From the NCBI GenBank assembly GCA_963765575.1, contig CAVXWZ010000011.1, positions 737,546-801,545 on the forward strand: a stretch of DNA of 64,000 bases. The letters are read 5' to 3'. Below, piece by piece: positions 50,861 to 60,047 of this stretch (position 1 is the stretch's first letter; every line of letters begins with the position of its first letter). The notes beneath the pieces were generated by a model that was given only the letters and a program-made list of their open reading frames with translations, was not told the DNA's origin and did not search any database. A program made the translations under genes and the position numbers. This DNA is from an uncultured cyanobacterium (GTDB lineage Bacteria; Cyanobacteriota; Cyanobacteriia; PCC-6307; Cyanobiaceae).

Positions 50861-52978
50861 CTATGCCGCTGCGCGATCCGTGGAGGGCAGCTCTGCGCCC
50901 ACCCCCTGCGCCTGGATGGCGGTGATCACGATGGTGCTGACGATGTCCTCGACGCTGCAGCCGCGGCTGAGGTCGTTCACCGGCTTGTTCAGCCCCTGCA
51001 GAATCGGGCCGATGGCGATCGCTCCGGTTTCGCGCTGCACCGCTTTGTAGGTGTTGTTGCCGGTGTTGAGATCGGGGAACACCAGCACCGTGGCCCGGCC
51101 TCCCACGGCCGAGCCCGGCAGTTTCTGCAGCGCCACCTCCGGGCTCACGGCGGCGTCGTACTGGATCGGCCCCTCGATCGGCAGCTCGGGCCAGCGCTGC
51201 CGCGTCAGTGCGGTGGCCTGCCGCACCTTCTCCACCTCGGCGCCCTTGCCGGAATCCCCGGAGGAATAGGAGAGCATCGCCACCCGCGGCTCGAGCCCCA
51301 GGGCCCGGGCGGTTTCCGCGCAGCTGATGGCGATCTGGGCCAGTTCGCCGGCCTCGGGGCGGGGATTGACGGCACAGTCGCCGTAGATCACCACCCGATC
51401 CGCGAGCAGCATCACGAACACCGAGGAGATCAGCGCCACCTCGGGCCGCGAACGAATCAGCTGCAGGGCGGGACGGATCGTGTGCTGGGTGGTGTGGGTG
51501 GCCCCCGACACCATGCCGTCGGCATCGCCGCTCAGCACCATCATCGTGGCGAAGGTGGTGGCGTCGAGCAGGTTGTCGCGGGCGATGTCGGCCGTGGCGC
51601 CCTTGTGCTGCCGCCGCTCCACAAACGTCTCGATGTAGCGCTCCAGGTGGGGACTGCTGCGGGGGCACACCAGGCTGAGCGCGTCGAGATCGAGCTGGAT
51701 CCCGTTCTGCCGCAGCACCCGCTCGATCGCGGCCCGCTCGCCGAGCAGGATCAGCGAGGCCAGCCGCTGGGCCTGCACCTGGGCCGCGGCCCGCAGGATG
51801 CGTGGTTCGAGCGCCTCCGGCAGCACGATGCGCTGGGGCCGGCGGCTGGCCCGCAGGTTGAGGTTGTGGTTGAACATCCGCGGCGTGGGCTCCGGCGGTG
51901 GCGCCAGGTTCACCGTGCGCAGCAGCCGCTCCACCTCTCCATGGCGTTCGAAGGCCTCGATGCTGAGGGCGATCTTCTCGCGGTCGTCGCTCTTGAGGCT
52001 GGTGTGAATCTCGCGCAGGCGTGAGACGGTGCTGAAGGTGTCGCCCGGCACCGCCAGGATCGGCAGGGGTTCGGGTAAACCCTGGATCAGCCGGTTGATC
52101 GCCGGCTCCGGCGCCATGCCGGTGAGCAGCATTCCCGAGAGGTTGGGGTAGTTGTGCGACTGGTGGGCCTGGAGCATGCCCATGATCACGTCGCCCCGGT
52201 CGCCGGGGGTGATCACCAGGCTGCCCTCCCTCAGCCAGCCCAGGGCGTGCTGCATCTGCATCGCCGCCACGATCTGATGCAGGGCCAGCCGCTCCAGCCC
52301 GCCCTTGCCGTAGAGCACCTCGGCGCCGAGATGGCGGGCGATGTCGAGCAGGCGCGGGCTGCTCAGGCGTGGGTCGAAGGGAATCACGCTCAGCACCCAG
52401 CCGCGGCCGCCGAAATCCCGTTCCAGGGCTTCACGCAGGCCATCGGCCCGGGCTGGATCGGCCTTGTTGAGCACGATGGCGACGATGCGGCAGCCGTGGC
52501 GCCGGTAGGTCTCCACCGCCAGCCGCACCGGCCGCAGGGCGTCGTCGTTGTCGCGCTCATGGGCATTGCCCAGGATCAGGATCGGACAGCCGAGGTTGCG
52601 GGCGATCTCCTGGTTGAGGTTGAACTCGAAGGCGGACCCCTCGCCGAGGTAATCCGAGCTCTCGCAGAGGATGAAGCCATCGCCCGCCTCCAGCTCCTGG
52701 TAGCGGCCGATGATGCGCTCCAGGCCTTCGTTGATGCGGTTGGCGGCGATCAGGTCATTCATCTCCCCCGTCGTGAGGCCGAACGAGGCCTCGACGCTCT
52801 GGGGCAGATCGAAGTTGCGCCGGATCAGGTCGATGTCCTCGTCCGGCGTGCTCTGGATCACGGGGCGAAAGAAGCGCACCGTGGCCGTGCGGCGCAGCAA
52901 TTGATGCAGCAGTCCCAGGGCCACCAGGGCCTTGCCGCTGCCCGCTTCGGTGGTGCTGATGTACAGCGCGTGGCTCAT
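50861..52978 (-). CDS. pta: Phosphate acetyltransferase (long form with BioD-like and DRTGG domains)
   Basis: GSGKALV, ITPGDRGD, RIVLPE, GDCAVNP, GPIQYDAA, FPDLNTGNNTYKAVQR, PVNDLSRG. Confidence 0.96.
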   Translation of the reverse strand: MSHALYISTTEAGSGKALVALGLLHQLLRRTATVRFFRPVIQSTPDEDIDLIRRNFDLPQSVEASFGLTTGEMNDLIAANRINEGLERIIGRYQELEAGDGFILCESSDYLGEGSAFEFNLNQEIARNLGCPILILGNAHERDNDDALRPVRLAVETYRRHGCRIVAIVLNKADPARADGLREALERDFGGRGWVLSVIPFDPRLSSPRLLDIARHLGAEVLYGKGGLERLALHQIVAAMQMQHALGWLREGSLVITPGDRGDVIMGMLQAHQSHNYPNLSGMLLTGMAPEPAINRLIQGLPEPLPILAVPGDTFSTVSRLREIHTSLKSDDREKIALSIEAFERHGEVERLLRTVNLAPPPEPTPRMFNHNLNLRASRRPQRIVLPEALEPRILRAAAQVQAQRLASLILLGERAAIERVLRQNGIQLDLDALSLVCPRSSPHLERYIETFVERRQHKGATADIARDNLLDATTFATMMVLSGDADGMVSGATHTTQHTIRPALQLIRSRPEVALISSVFVMLLADRVVIYGDCAVNPRPEAGELAQIAISCAETARALGLEPRVAMLSYSSGDSGKGAEVEKVRQATALTRQRWPELPIEGPIQYDAAVSPEVALQKLPGSAVGGRATVLVFPDLNTGNNTYKAVQRETGAIAIGPILQGLNKPVNDLSRGCSVEDIVSTIVITAIQAQGVGAELPSTDRAAA

Positions 52979-53084
52979 TGCTGCGGAGGTTTCTCGCCCC
53001 AGCATCGGCGCGCTGCCCCGAGCGCTGTGGTTCGCCGGTAGCGGCCGGCAGGATGGGAGTGACGAGGGAAGGGTTTGCGGCCAC

Positions 53085-53119
53085 AAAAAGAGGCCGCCAG
53101 GTGCACTCCTGGCGGCCTC
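53085..53119 (-). terminator. Intrinsic terminator of the DUF4278 transcript
   Basis: GAGGCCGCCAGG / CCTGGCGGCCTC 12-bp stem followed by T5 on the minus strand. Confidence 0.85.
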
Positions 53120-53177
53120 CTGCTCACGGCGCTACAGACACCAGCTCAGCGGCATCTGCACTGGGCCGAGGAGCGTT

Positions 53178-53357
53178 TCAGTGGTCGTAGCTCTGACCCC
53201 GGTAGGTCAGGTGCTTGGGTTGGTCGTTCTGGGCCGGCTCGTCGTGGTGGGCATCCACGTAGGGAACGCCGCGGTAGGACTTGGCCATCAGGAACTGGGC
53301 CTCATCGAGGCGCTTGTCCTTGAGCATCTTGCTTCGGATCAGATTGAGAACGTTCAT
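53178..53357 (-). CDS. DUF4278-type small protein (YRG-x-x-Y repeats, related to the N-terminus of the GS inactivating factor IF17)
   Basis: MNVLNLIRSKMLKDKRLDEAQFLMAKSYRGVPY...LTYRGQSYDH; ATG at 53357. Confidence 0.8.
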   Translation of the reverse strand: MNVLNLIRSKMLKDKRLDEAQFLMAKSYRGVPYVDAHHDEPAQNDQPKHLTYRGQSYDH

Positions 53358-53374
53358 CAGGGTCTCCACAGTGT

Positions 53375-53449
53375 CCGCGTCCCCGTTGCCTGGCGCGGCT
53401 CTGACTGCGTCCCCCTGCCCGCAGAAGCTGCACGGCAGGGGGATCAACG
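53375..53449 (-). ncRNA. Glutamine-II (Downstream-peptide) riboswitch
   Basis: Minus strand CGUUG-A-[UCCCCCUGCC...GGCAGGGGGA 10-bp stem]-CGCAGUCAGAG-CCGCG-CCAGG-CAACG-GGGA-CGCGG: P1 CGUUG/CAACG, pseudoknot CCGCG/CGCGG, directly upstream of a DUF4278 gene. Confidence 0.82.
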
Positions 53450-53456
53450 TGCTTCA

Positions 53457-53484
53457 AATCTAGCGGTTTGGTAGCGGTTGCTAC
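53457..53484 (-). promoter_or_regulatory. NtcA box (GTA-N8-TAC) in repressor position plus -10 box
   Basis: GTAGCGGTTGCTAC at 53471-53484; TAGATT (-10, minus strand) at 53462-53457, 8 nt downstream. Confidence 0.85.
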
Positions 53485-53625
53485 GGCGTGCTCCGCAAAG
53501 TGCGGAATGTCTTTTGATCGTTTGTGCTGTGCTGCCTGCGTCAGCCCCGGGACGCCCAGTCATCGATGGCTTGCATCGGGCTCCTGCAGCCGCGACCATC
53601 GGCCCAGCCCTCAACGCTTGCCCCC

Positions 53626-53829
53626 ATGGCTGCCTCAGCGGATCTCAAGGCGGCCCTGGCGGTGCTGGGACTGGGAGCCTTTCCCCGTAGCCGCCAGGAT
53701 CTGGCCCGCCGGGTCGCACGCCACCATCCCGCCTCCCACCCCTGGAGTGCCCTGCACACCGCCGCCTACCGCAAGCTCTGGGAATCGCTCGAGCCCGCCG
53801 CCGACCTCGACCAGCGCGAGGCCGCCTGA
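53626..53829 (+). CDS. 67-aa hypothetical protein, degenerate J-domain-like
   Basis: ALAVLGL....SRQDLARRVARHHPA.......AAYRKL. Confidence 0.55.
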   Translation: MAASADLKAALAVLGLGAFPRSRQDLARRVARHHPASHPWSALHTAAYRKLWESLEPAADLDQREAA

Positions 53830-53872
53830 GCTCGCGTGCTTCGGCCAGGCTTGGCGTTTATCAGGAGACCCC

Positions 53873-54979
53873 ATGATCCGCAGAGGCCGCGCCCGAGGCC
53901 TGGTGCTGGTGCTGGCCGCAGTGCTGCTGGCCCCGGTCGCTCGACCTGTCCCGTCCCTGGCCCGCGAGTTGCGGGTGGGCGTGAGCGGATCGCCTCCGTT
54001 TGTGATGGGCGGGCTCGGCGGGCAGCCCGGTGGCCACGAGGGCATCAGCGTGGATGTGTGGGAGGAGATCGCCGCCGCCAACGACCTCGACTTTGAGCTG
54101 GTGCCGATGCCCAGCACCGAGGCCAATGTGCGGGCCGTGGGCGCGGGCGAACTCGATCTGGCGATCGGCCCCATCAGCATCACGGCCGAACGGCTGCGGC
54201 CCGGCCGCATCGCCTTCACCCACCCCTATTTCTACGGCCAGGTGGGGGTGCTCCTGCCCGCCCAGCCGCCCAGCCTCTGGCAGCGCATCCGTCCCTTTTT
54301 CGGACTGGCGGCCCTGTCTTCGGTGGGTGTGCTGCTGCTCTCGCTGTTCCTGGTGGGCAATCTGATCTGGTTGGCCGAGCGGCGACGCAACGCTGATCAG
54401 TTTCCCCGCTCCTATGGGAGGGGTCTGGGCAATGGCATGTGGTTTGCCCTGGTCACGCTCACCACCGTCGGCTACGGCGACAAGGCGCCGCTCAGCAAAG
54501 CCGGGCGGATGATCACGGGTGTCTGGATGCTGGTGACCCTGCTGGCGGTGTCATCGATCACGGCCGGCCTGGCCTCGGCCTTCACGGTCTCCCTGGCCCA
54601 GGTGGGGGGGGGCAGCATCCGCGAACCGGAGCAGCTGCGCGGTGCCCGGCTGGCGGTGGTGGCCGGCACCACCAGCCGCCGCTGGGGGGAGGCGGCCGGC
54701 GCGCGTGTGCGGGTCAGCGACTCCCTCCCGGATGGCGTGGCGCTGGTCAGGCGGGGTGAGGTGGATGGGTTGGTGTTTGATCGGCCGGCGCTGCATTACT
54801 ACCTGCGCCAGCATCCCCAGGCCGACCTGCGCCTGGCGCCCTTCAGCCTCGCCACTGAGACCTACGGACTGGTGCTGCCGGTGCAGAGCGACCTTCGCCT
54901 GCCCCTCAACGTGACCCTGCTGGACCTGCATCGCAGCGGCCGCATCGACGAGATCGCCAGCCGCTGGCTGGGAACGTGA
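53873..54979 (+). CDS. GluR0-like ligand-gated K+ channel (solute-binding domain plus K+ pore)
   Basis: Signal peptide, SPPF / GISVDVW / ISITAER binding-domain motifs, WFALVTLTTVGYGD selectivity filter; ATG at 53873. Confidence 0.9.
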   Translation: MIRRGRARGLVLVLAAVLLAPVARPVPSLARELRVGVSGSPPFVMGGLGGQPGGHEGISVDVWEEIAAANDLDFELVPMPSTEANVRAVGAGELDLAIGPISITAERLRPGRIAFTHPYFYGQVGVLLPAQPPSLWQRIRPFFGLAALSSVGVLLLSLFLVGNLIWLAERRRNADQFPRSYGRGLGNGMWFALVTLTTVGYGDKAPLSKAGRMITGVWMLVTLLAVSSITAGLASAFTVSLAQVGGGSIREPEQLRGARLAVVAGTTSRRWGEAAGARVRVSDSLPDGVALVRRGEVDGLVFDRPALHYYLRQHPQADLRLAPFSLATETYGLVLPVQSDLRLPLNVTLLDLHRSGRIDEIASRWLGT

Positions 54980-55016
54980 GCGTCGTGCCGCCAGCTTCGC
55001 CAGGGTAGAAACCCCC

Positions 55017-56717
55017 ATGGCCATCGACATCACGGTGATGGCAGCGGCGGTGCTGCTGCTGCTGGGGATTGCCTCGAGCAAGTTCGCCGCCCGTGTGGGC
55101 ATGCCGGTGCTCGTGCTCTTCCTCGGGGTGGGCATGCTGGCGGGATCGGAGGGGCTCGGCCGCATTCCCTTTGAGAATTACCCCCTGGCCAACAGCCTGG
55201 GCAGCGTGGCGCTGGCGCTGATCCTGTTTGACGGCGGGCTGCGCACCCCCCTCGACGCTTTGGCGCTGGCCTGGCGACCTGCCTTGGCGCTCTCCACCGT
55301 GGGGGTGTTGCTGACCTCGGCGCTCACGGGCCTGGCGGCGGCCTGGGTGCTGGACCTGCCGCTGCCGCAGGGCCTGTTGCTCGGCAGCATCGTGGGCTCC
55401 ACGGACGCTGCGGCCGTGTTCTCGGTGCTGCGCAGCAGCGGCCTGAAGCTGCCCGATCGCCTCGCGGCCACCCTGGAGGTGGAGAGCGGATCGAACGATC
55501 CGATGGCGATCTTCCTCACCATCGCCCTGGTGAACCTGATCGTGGGGGAAGCCGGCTCCCTGGCGGATCTGGCGCTGCTGTTTCTGGTGCAGTTCGGGGT
55601 GGGCGCTCTGGTGGGCGTGGCGGTGGGCCGGCTGGCGGCCCGGACCATCAACCGCATCAACCTCAACGACCCGGGGCTCTATCCGCTGCTGGCGCTCTCG
55701 TTCGCGCTGCTGGCCTTCGGGCTGGCGACGGCGTTCCAGGGCAGCGGCTTCCTGGCGGTCTATCTGGCCGGGATCGTGCTCGGCAACAGCTCGATCGTGT
55801 TCCGGGCCGGCATCTTCCTGTTCCACGACGCCGCCGCCTGGCTGAGCCAGATCGTGCTGTTCGTGATGCTGGGCCTGCTCAGCTTCCCCAGCCGCCTGCT
55901 GGCGGTGGCCTGGGAGGGACTGCTGATTGCCCTGGTCCTGATCGTTGTGGCGCGCCCCGTTGCGGTGGCGGTGGCGGCGCTGCCCTTCCACTTCCGGCCG
56001 CGGGAACTCACCTTCCTCTCCTGGGTGGGGCTGAAGGGGGCCGTGCCGATCACCCTGGCCACTTTCCCGCTGATGGCGGGGGTGCCCCAGAGCCCGGTGA
56101 TCTTCAACGCCGTGTTCTTCGTGGTGCTGATCTCGGCGGTCACCCAGGGCTGGTCGCTGCCGGTGGTGGCGCGCTGGCTCCGGCTGGGGCGGCCGGCCGA
56201 TCCCACGCCGGCGCTGACGGTGGAGATCAACGCCCTGCGCCAGGTGGACGGCGAGATCGTGGACTACACCGTGCGGCCGCAGGCACGGGCCGCGGGGCAG
56301 CAGCTGCGCGATCTGCCCTTCCCGGACGGGGTGCTGGTGACGCTGATCCTGCGCGGCAAAACGCTGGTGATGCCCCGGGGGCCCACGCTGCTGCAGAGCG
56401 GCGACCATGTGTTCGTGGTGCTGCACGCCCGCATGCAGCCGCTGATCGATCGCCTCTTCGAACCGGCGCGCAGCATCCCGACACCGCTGCCGGCCGGGCT
56501 GGTGGTGTCCTTCCACGCCAGCAGCACCGCTGGCCAGCTGCAGCGGTTCTTCGCCATTGCGCTGCCGGTGCCCGAGCAGCTCAGCCTCGCCGCGCTGCTC
56601 CAGGGCGCTGATGGGGCCCATCCCCTGGAGCTGGGTGGCTATGGCCTGGCCGCCGCGGAGGAGCAGGAGCGGGTGACGCTCAGCTGTCTGGCCAAGGGCA
56701 GCGCCGCCAGCGGCTGA
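55017..56717 (+). CDS. cvrA: K+/H+ antiporter (CvrA/NhaP2) with TrkA-C domain
   Basis: GMLAGSEG, ILFDGGL, STDAAAVFS, LEVESGSNDPMA, WVGLKGAVPI. Confidence 0.9.
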   Translation: MAIDITVMAAAVLLLLGIASSKFAARVGMPVLVLFLGVGMLAGSEGLGRIPFENYPLANSLGSVALALILFDGGLRTPLDALALAWRPALALSTVGVLLTSALTGLAAAWVLDLPLPQGLLLGSIVGSTDAAAVFSVLRSSGLKLPDRLAATLEVESGSNDPMAIFLTIALVNLIVGEAGSLADLALLFLVQFGVGALVGVAVGRLAARTINRINLNDPGLYPLLALSFALLAFGLATAFQGSGFLAVYLAGIVLGNSSIVFRAGIFLFHDAAAWLSQIVLFVMLGLLSFPSRLLAVAWEGLLIALVLIVVARPVAVAVAALPFHFRPRELTFLSWVGLKGAVPITLATFPLMAGVPQSPVIFNAVFFVVLISAVTQGWSLPVVARWLRLGRPADPTPALTVEINALRQVDGEIVDYTVRPQARAAGQQLRDLPFPDGVLVTLILRGKTLVMPRGPTLLQSGDHVFVVLHARMQPLIDRLFEPARSIPTPLPAGLVVSFHASSTAGQLQRFFAIALPVPEQLSLAALLQGADGAHPLELGGYGLAAAEEQERVTLSCLAKGSAASG

Positions 56718-56778
56718 CGCACCCGGGGCCAAGACCAACAGCGCAGACGTTTCCGGGGCCGGCTACCCACAGGGTCCC

Positions 56779-56796
56779 GTTACAGACTGTTACACT
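56779..56796 (+). promoter_or_regulatory. HLR1 (RpaB) direct repeat
   Basis: GTTACAGA-CT-GTTACACT 23 nt upstream of the hli ATG. Confidence 0.75.
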
Positions 56797-56819
56797 CATC
56801 GCAACACCACTTCACACTC

Positions 56820-56963
56820 ATGTCCGACACCACCTCCCGCTTCGGTTTCAGCGCCTTCGCCGAAACCTGGAATGGCCGCCTGGCCATGCTCGGTTTCGTG
56901 ATCGGCCTCGGCACCGAGCTGCTCACCGGCCAGGGCATCCTCTCCCAGATCGGCCTGGGTTGA
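56820..56963 (+). CDS. hli: High-light-inducible protein, 47 aa (not in ORF track)
   Basis: MSDTTSRFGFSAFAETWNGRLAMLGFVIGLGTELLTGQGILSQIGLG*. Confidence 0.93.
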   Translation: MSDTTSRFGFSAFAETWNGRLAMLGFVIGLGTELLTGQGILSQIGLG

Positions 56964-56968
56964 TCGCC

Positions 56969-57088
56969 ATGGGTACCGACTACTCCGCAGCGATCGCCGG
57001 CGTCACCGGCCTGGTCATCATCCTCACGGCGATGGTGGCTTTTGTTCTCAGTCGCCCCAGCGACCTCGCCCCGCACAACAGCCGATGA
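56969..57088 (+). CDS. 39-aa single-pass membrane microprotein (not in ORF track)
   Basis: MGTDYSAAIAGVTGLVIILTAMVAFVLSRPSDLAPHNSR*; starts 5 nt after the hli stop and ends with an ATGA overlap on the next hli. Confidence 0.7.
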   Translation: MGTDYSAAIAGVTGLVIILTAMVAFVLSRPSDLAPHNSR

Positions 57089-57321
57089 CCAACACCCCCA
57101 GCAGCAACCAGTGGCTCGAAGAGCGCGCCACCCAGGACGCGCACATGGAGCAGCTCAAGCGAGCTGAACGCTTCAACGGCCGCGCGGCGATGCTGGGCAT
57201 CGTCATCGGCGTGGTGGTGGAAGGGCTCACGGGCTTCGGCATTGCCCACCAGATCGGCCTCGGCCCGCTGGTGGATGGCTACGCCGCCTGCCGCACCCAG
57301 TTCCTGCCCTTCTGCTTCTGA
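57085..57321 (+). CDS. hli: High-light-inducible protein with C-terminal Cys-containing extension
   Basis: AERFNGRAAMLG...EGLTG...QIGLG followed by YAACRTQFLPFCF. Confidence 0.88.
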   Translation: MTNTPSSNQWLEERATQDAHMEQLKRAERFNGRAAMLGIVIGVVVEGLTGFGIAHQIGLGPLVDGYAACRTQFLPFCF

Positions 57322-57349
57322 GGCTCACGCCAAGACGAGAGTCCCTTCA

Positions 57350-57375
57350 TCCCCCGGGCCTGGCCTGGGGGTTTT
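57350..57375 (+). terminator. Probable intrinsic terminator of the hli operon
   Basis: CCCCCGGGCC-T-GGCCTGGGGG followed by TTTT. Confidence 0.65.
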
Positions 57376-57712
57376 GTGTTGGCGCCTCAGCCAGGACCGA
57401 TGAACCCTGGGGCCCATCCATTGAGGCCGGCGGGTCGTACTCTCCGGTGGTCTGCTGCCGAGCCGTTTATGTATGCATCCATCGCCCACTCACCAATCGT
57501 CATCTATTCCGAACCCGCCAAAGTTGTCCAGGCTTACCGAGGTGATTCACCCACCCTCAAGGAGCCAAGGCTGGCAGGGCTGAAGGGGATGGTTTTGCGC
57601 CACGGCTAGCGAGAGGATGGACATCGCTGTTCAAGATCGCAACGTTCAGGATGGAGGTCTGCGTCCATCTCATCGCTTGCCTTGGATGCACGGCCTTGGG
57701 GCCGGTGCACAT

Positions 57713-57895
57713 TCAGCCCTTGCATTCACAGCCGCAGCCGGCGTGGCAGGGCTCGCCGTTGGGGTGGCCCGTGGCGCAGGCGTCGCTACAGAACAGCAAG
57801 GCGCCGCTGCGGAAGGGTGTCTCCGGTTGAACCATGCAGTGGCACCCAGGGCAGGCGCATTTCAACGTGGCGGGTGCCTCCAGGGTCGTGGTCAT
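57713..57895 (-). CDS. smtA: Bacterial metallothionein (SmtA-like), 60 aa
   Basis: KCACPGCHC.V.........FCSDACATGH....CHAGCGCECKG; ATG at 57895. Confidence 0.88.
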   Translation of the reverse strand: MTTTLEAPATLKCACPGCHCMVQPETPFRSGALLFCSDACATGHPNGEPCHAGCGCECKG

Positions 57896-58470
57896 GGCCT
57901 CTCCTTGCTCGCGGAAGTGAGCCCATTCTGGAGCAACCGGCGCTGCACTGGCTGGGCTTGTTGTGCTCAGACGCACGGTTGGCGAAGTGCTTTGTGAATC
58001 AGAGGCCGCCACCAGCGCTGCTCGAGCCGAGACCCCGCTAGGCGCCGAAGGGCTGCCGACGCGGGGAGCTTTTTTCATCGCCAGCGACGGTGTCCGGGAC
58101 ACCCTGGCGGGCAATCTCGCGATGGGGTTGCCCCGCGATGAGGCCCCGCATGGACGTGATCCAAGCCGTCGCCTTGAGACATCACGACGGGACCGAGAGC
58201 TGATCGAGAGGCCTGCGCCTGAACTCCCAGCGAGGCGGACGATTGACGTGCGGCTCGATGACGCCAGTGAGGTCAGGCTCGACAACCTGGGCCAGGTCCT
58301 CGGCCTCAGCCAGCCCAGCAGCCGAGGCCGTAACCATCCTGATTACGGCCTCTGTTGACTGCCGCCCAGTTCGCCCTTGATCGCCTGCCGGTTGAGACCG
58401 ATGCAGTGCTTCCGCACTGCACGGCCATGACTCCAGAGTGGGGCACACACGAGGCTCCTTTGCTGCAATC

Positions 58471-58971
58471 TCAGGAGGTCACGAGGGTTTCGCCAGCGGC
58501 TTTCCACCCGGTGAGGCTGGGTGGAAAGCCGCTGGCCCGGTGGCGACCCTCCAAGTGCAGAGCCATGACGCCCATCGCCGAGCGGTAGCCGCTGGAGCAG
58601 TACAAAACCACAGGCTGGTCGACTGCAATGTCGGCTACGTGCTGGCCAAGCACGGTCAGGGGGATGTTCACGGCTCCGGGGATGTGGCCTGTGTTGTATT
58701 CAGCGGTTGAGCGCACATCGATCAACAACGAATCAGCAGATCTGAGAAAGTGCTTCAAGGCTGGAACCGATCGGATGGTGTGATAGTCATCCGGCATGGA
58801 GGAAAGGTACTGCTCGACGGCGGCATCAACGGCGGCTGAGCCAATACCTGCCGGCGAAGGGGTGTCAGAAGCCGCAGCTCTTGCCATCGACGGATAGGCC
58901 AGGAGGCAGAGGCAAAGCAGGAGCCCAAGAACAATCTGGTGGAGACGGGACAGACTGGCAATCACTGACAT
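58471..58971 (-). CDS. Exported rhodanese-like domain protein
   Basis: Signal peptide; LIDVRS..EY..GHIPGAVNIP; active-site loop YCSSGYRS. Confidence 0.88.
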   Translation of the reverse strand: MSVIASLSRLHQIVLGLLLCLCLLAYPSMARAAASDTPSPAGIGSAAVDAAVEQYLSSMPDDYHTIRSVPALKHFLRSADSLLIDVRSTAEYNTGHIPGAVNIPLTVLGQHVADIAVDQPVVLYCSSGYRSAMGVMALHLEGRHRASGFPPSLTGWKAAGETLVTS

Positions 58972-59043
58972 CAGGAGTTTGGGAATCAAGCGTTGTTCAT
59001 GGCGCGTAGATCTGTGTTCAGTTCATCAATCCTGGGTCCCGCT

Positions 59044-60045
59044 CTATTCGGCGTTGACTTTGCCGCGGAAGGCGATGTAGTTGTAGATGTTGTAGAAGAG
59101 CATGATCGGAATCAGGACGCCGATAAACGTGAGCATAAACACCATGGAGCTCACCGATGACGACGCCTGAAAGATTGTGACGGAGGGCGGAATCACTGTG
59201 GGGAACACCATGACCCCGAGGCCGAGGAAGCTGAGAATGAACAGAAGCACCGTGTACACGAATGGCCAAACCTCCTGCCCCATGGCAAGGCTGCGGTAGA
59301 GCTGGGCAATCAGGACCACACCGAGCAATGGCAGGATCACGAAGAACGGCAGAAATGCCGGATCAAACAGGCGTTGCCGCAGGCTGACCGACGCAAACGG
59401 GGCGGTGACGGTGATCAGCAAGGCCCCGGCCAAAGTGGTGGCGGCGGCCAGCTGAGCGGTGCGCACATGCAGCCGCTGCAGCTCTCCACTGGTTTTCAGG
59501 ATCAGATAGGTGGAGCCGATCAACACATACCCCTGGATCAGTGTCAACGCCACCAGCAGGCTGCTGGGGTTCACCCAGATCCAGGGCGAACCGGTGAAGT
59601 GGCCGGCGGCGTCGGTGGGGATGCCGGAGAGCACCGTGCCCAGGCAGATGCCCTGGGACGCGGCGGCCACCACGCTGCCGATGCCGAACATCAGATTCCA
59701 GGGACGTTTGTTGGTGGCGTTTTCGCGGAACTCAAAGGCAACGGCCCGCATGATCAGCCCCAGAATCATCAGGTAGATCGGCCCATAGAGGGCCTTGAGG
59801 ATGGTTCCGTAGGCAAGCGGAAAGGCGCCGAAGAGGGCGCCACCCATCAGCACCAGCCAGGTTTCGTTGGCATCCCAGACATTGCCAAGGCTGGTCATCA
59901 GGATTGTGCGCTGGGATTCGCCCGGGGATGTGAGCGAAAGAATGCCAACCCCCAGATCGAAGCCATCGAGGATCACATAGAGAAGCAGAAACAGGGCCAG
60001 GATCACAAACCACACCGTGGGCATGAACCATTCGAGGAAGTCCAT
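59044..60045 (-). CDS. cydB: Cytochrome bd ubiquinol oxidase subunit II
   Basis: YVILDGFDLGVG, WDANETWLVL.GG.LFGAFP, RAVAFEFR, AFRGKV. Confidence 0.96.
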   Translation of the reverse strand: MDFLEWFMPTVWFVILALFLLLYVILDGFDLGVGILSLTSPGESQRTILMTSLGNVWDANETWLVLMGGALFGAFPLAYGTILKALYGPIYLMILGLIMRAVAFEFRENATNKRPWNLMFGIGSVVAAASQGICLGTVLSGIPTDAAGHFTGSPWIWVNPSSLLVALTLIQGYVLIGSTYLILKTSGELQRLHVRTAQLAAATTLAGALLITVTAPFASVSLRQRLFDPAFLPFFVILPLLGVVLIAQLYRSLAMGQEVWPFVYTVLLFILSFLGLGVMVFPTVIPPSVTIFQASSSVSSMVFMLTFIGVLIPIMLFYNIYNYIAFRGKVNAE

Positions 60046-60047
60046 AC

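Noticed and set aside
57376..57609. 77-aa ORF after the hli terminator
   Set aside because: Atypical codon use, starts inside the terminator tail, no recognisable motif; at most a gene remnant.
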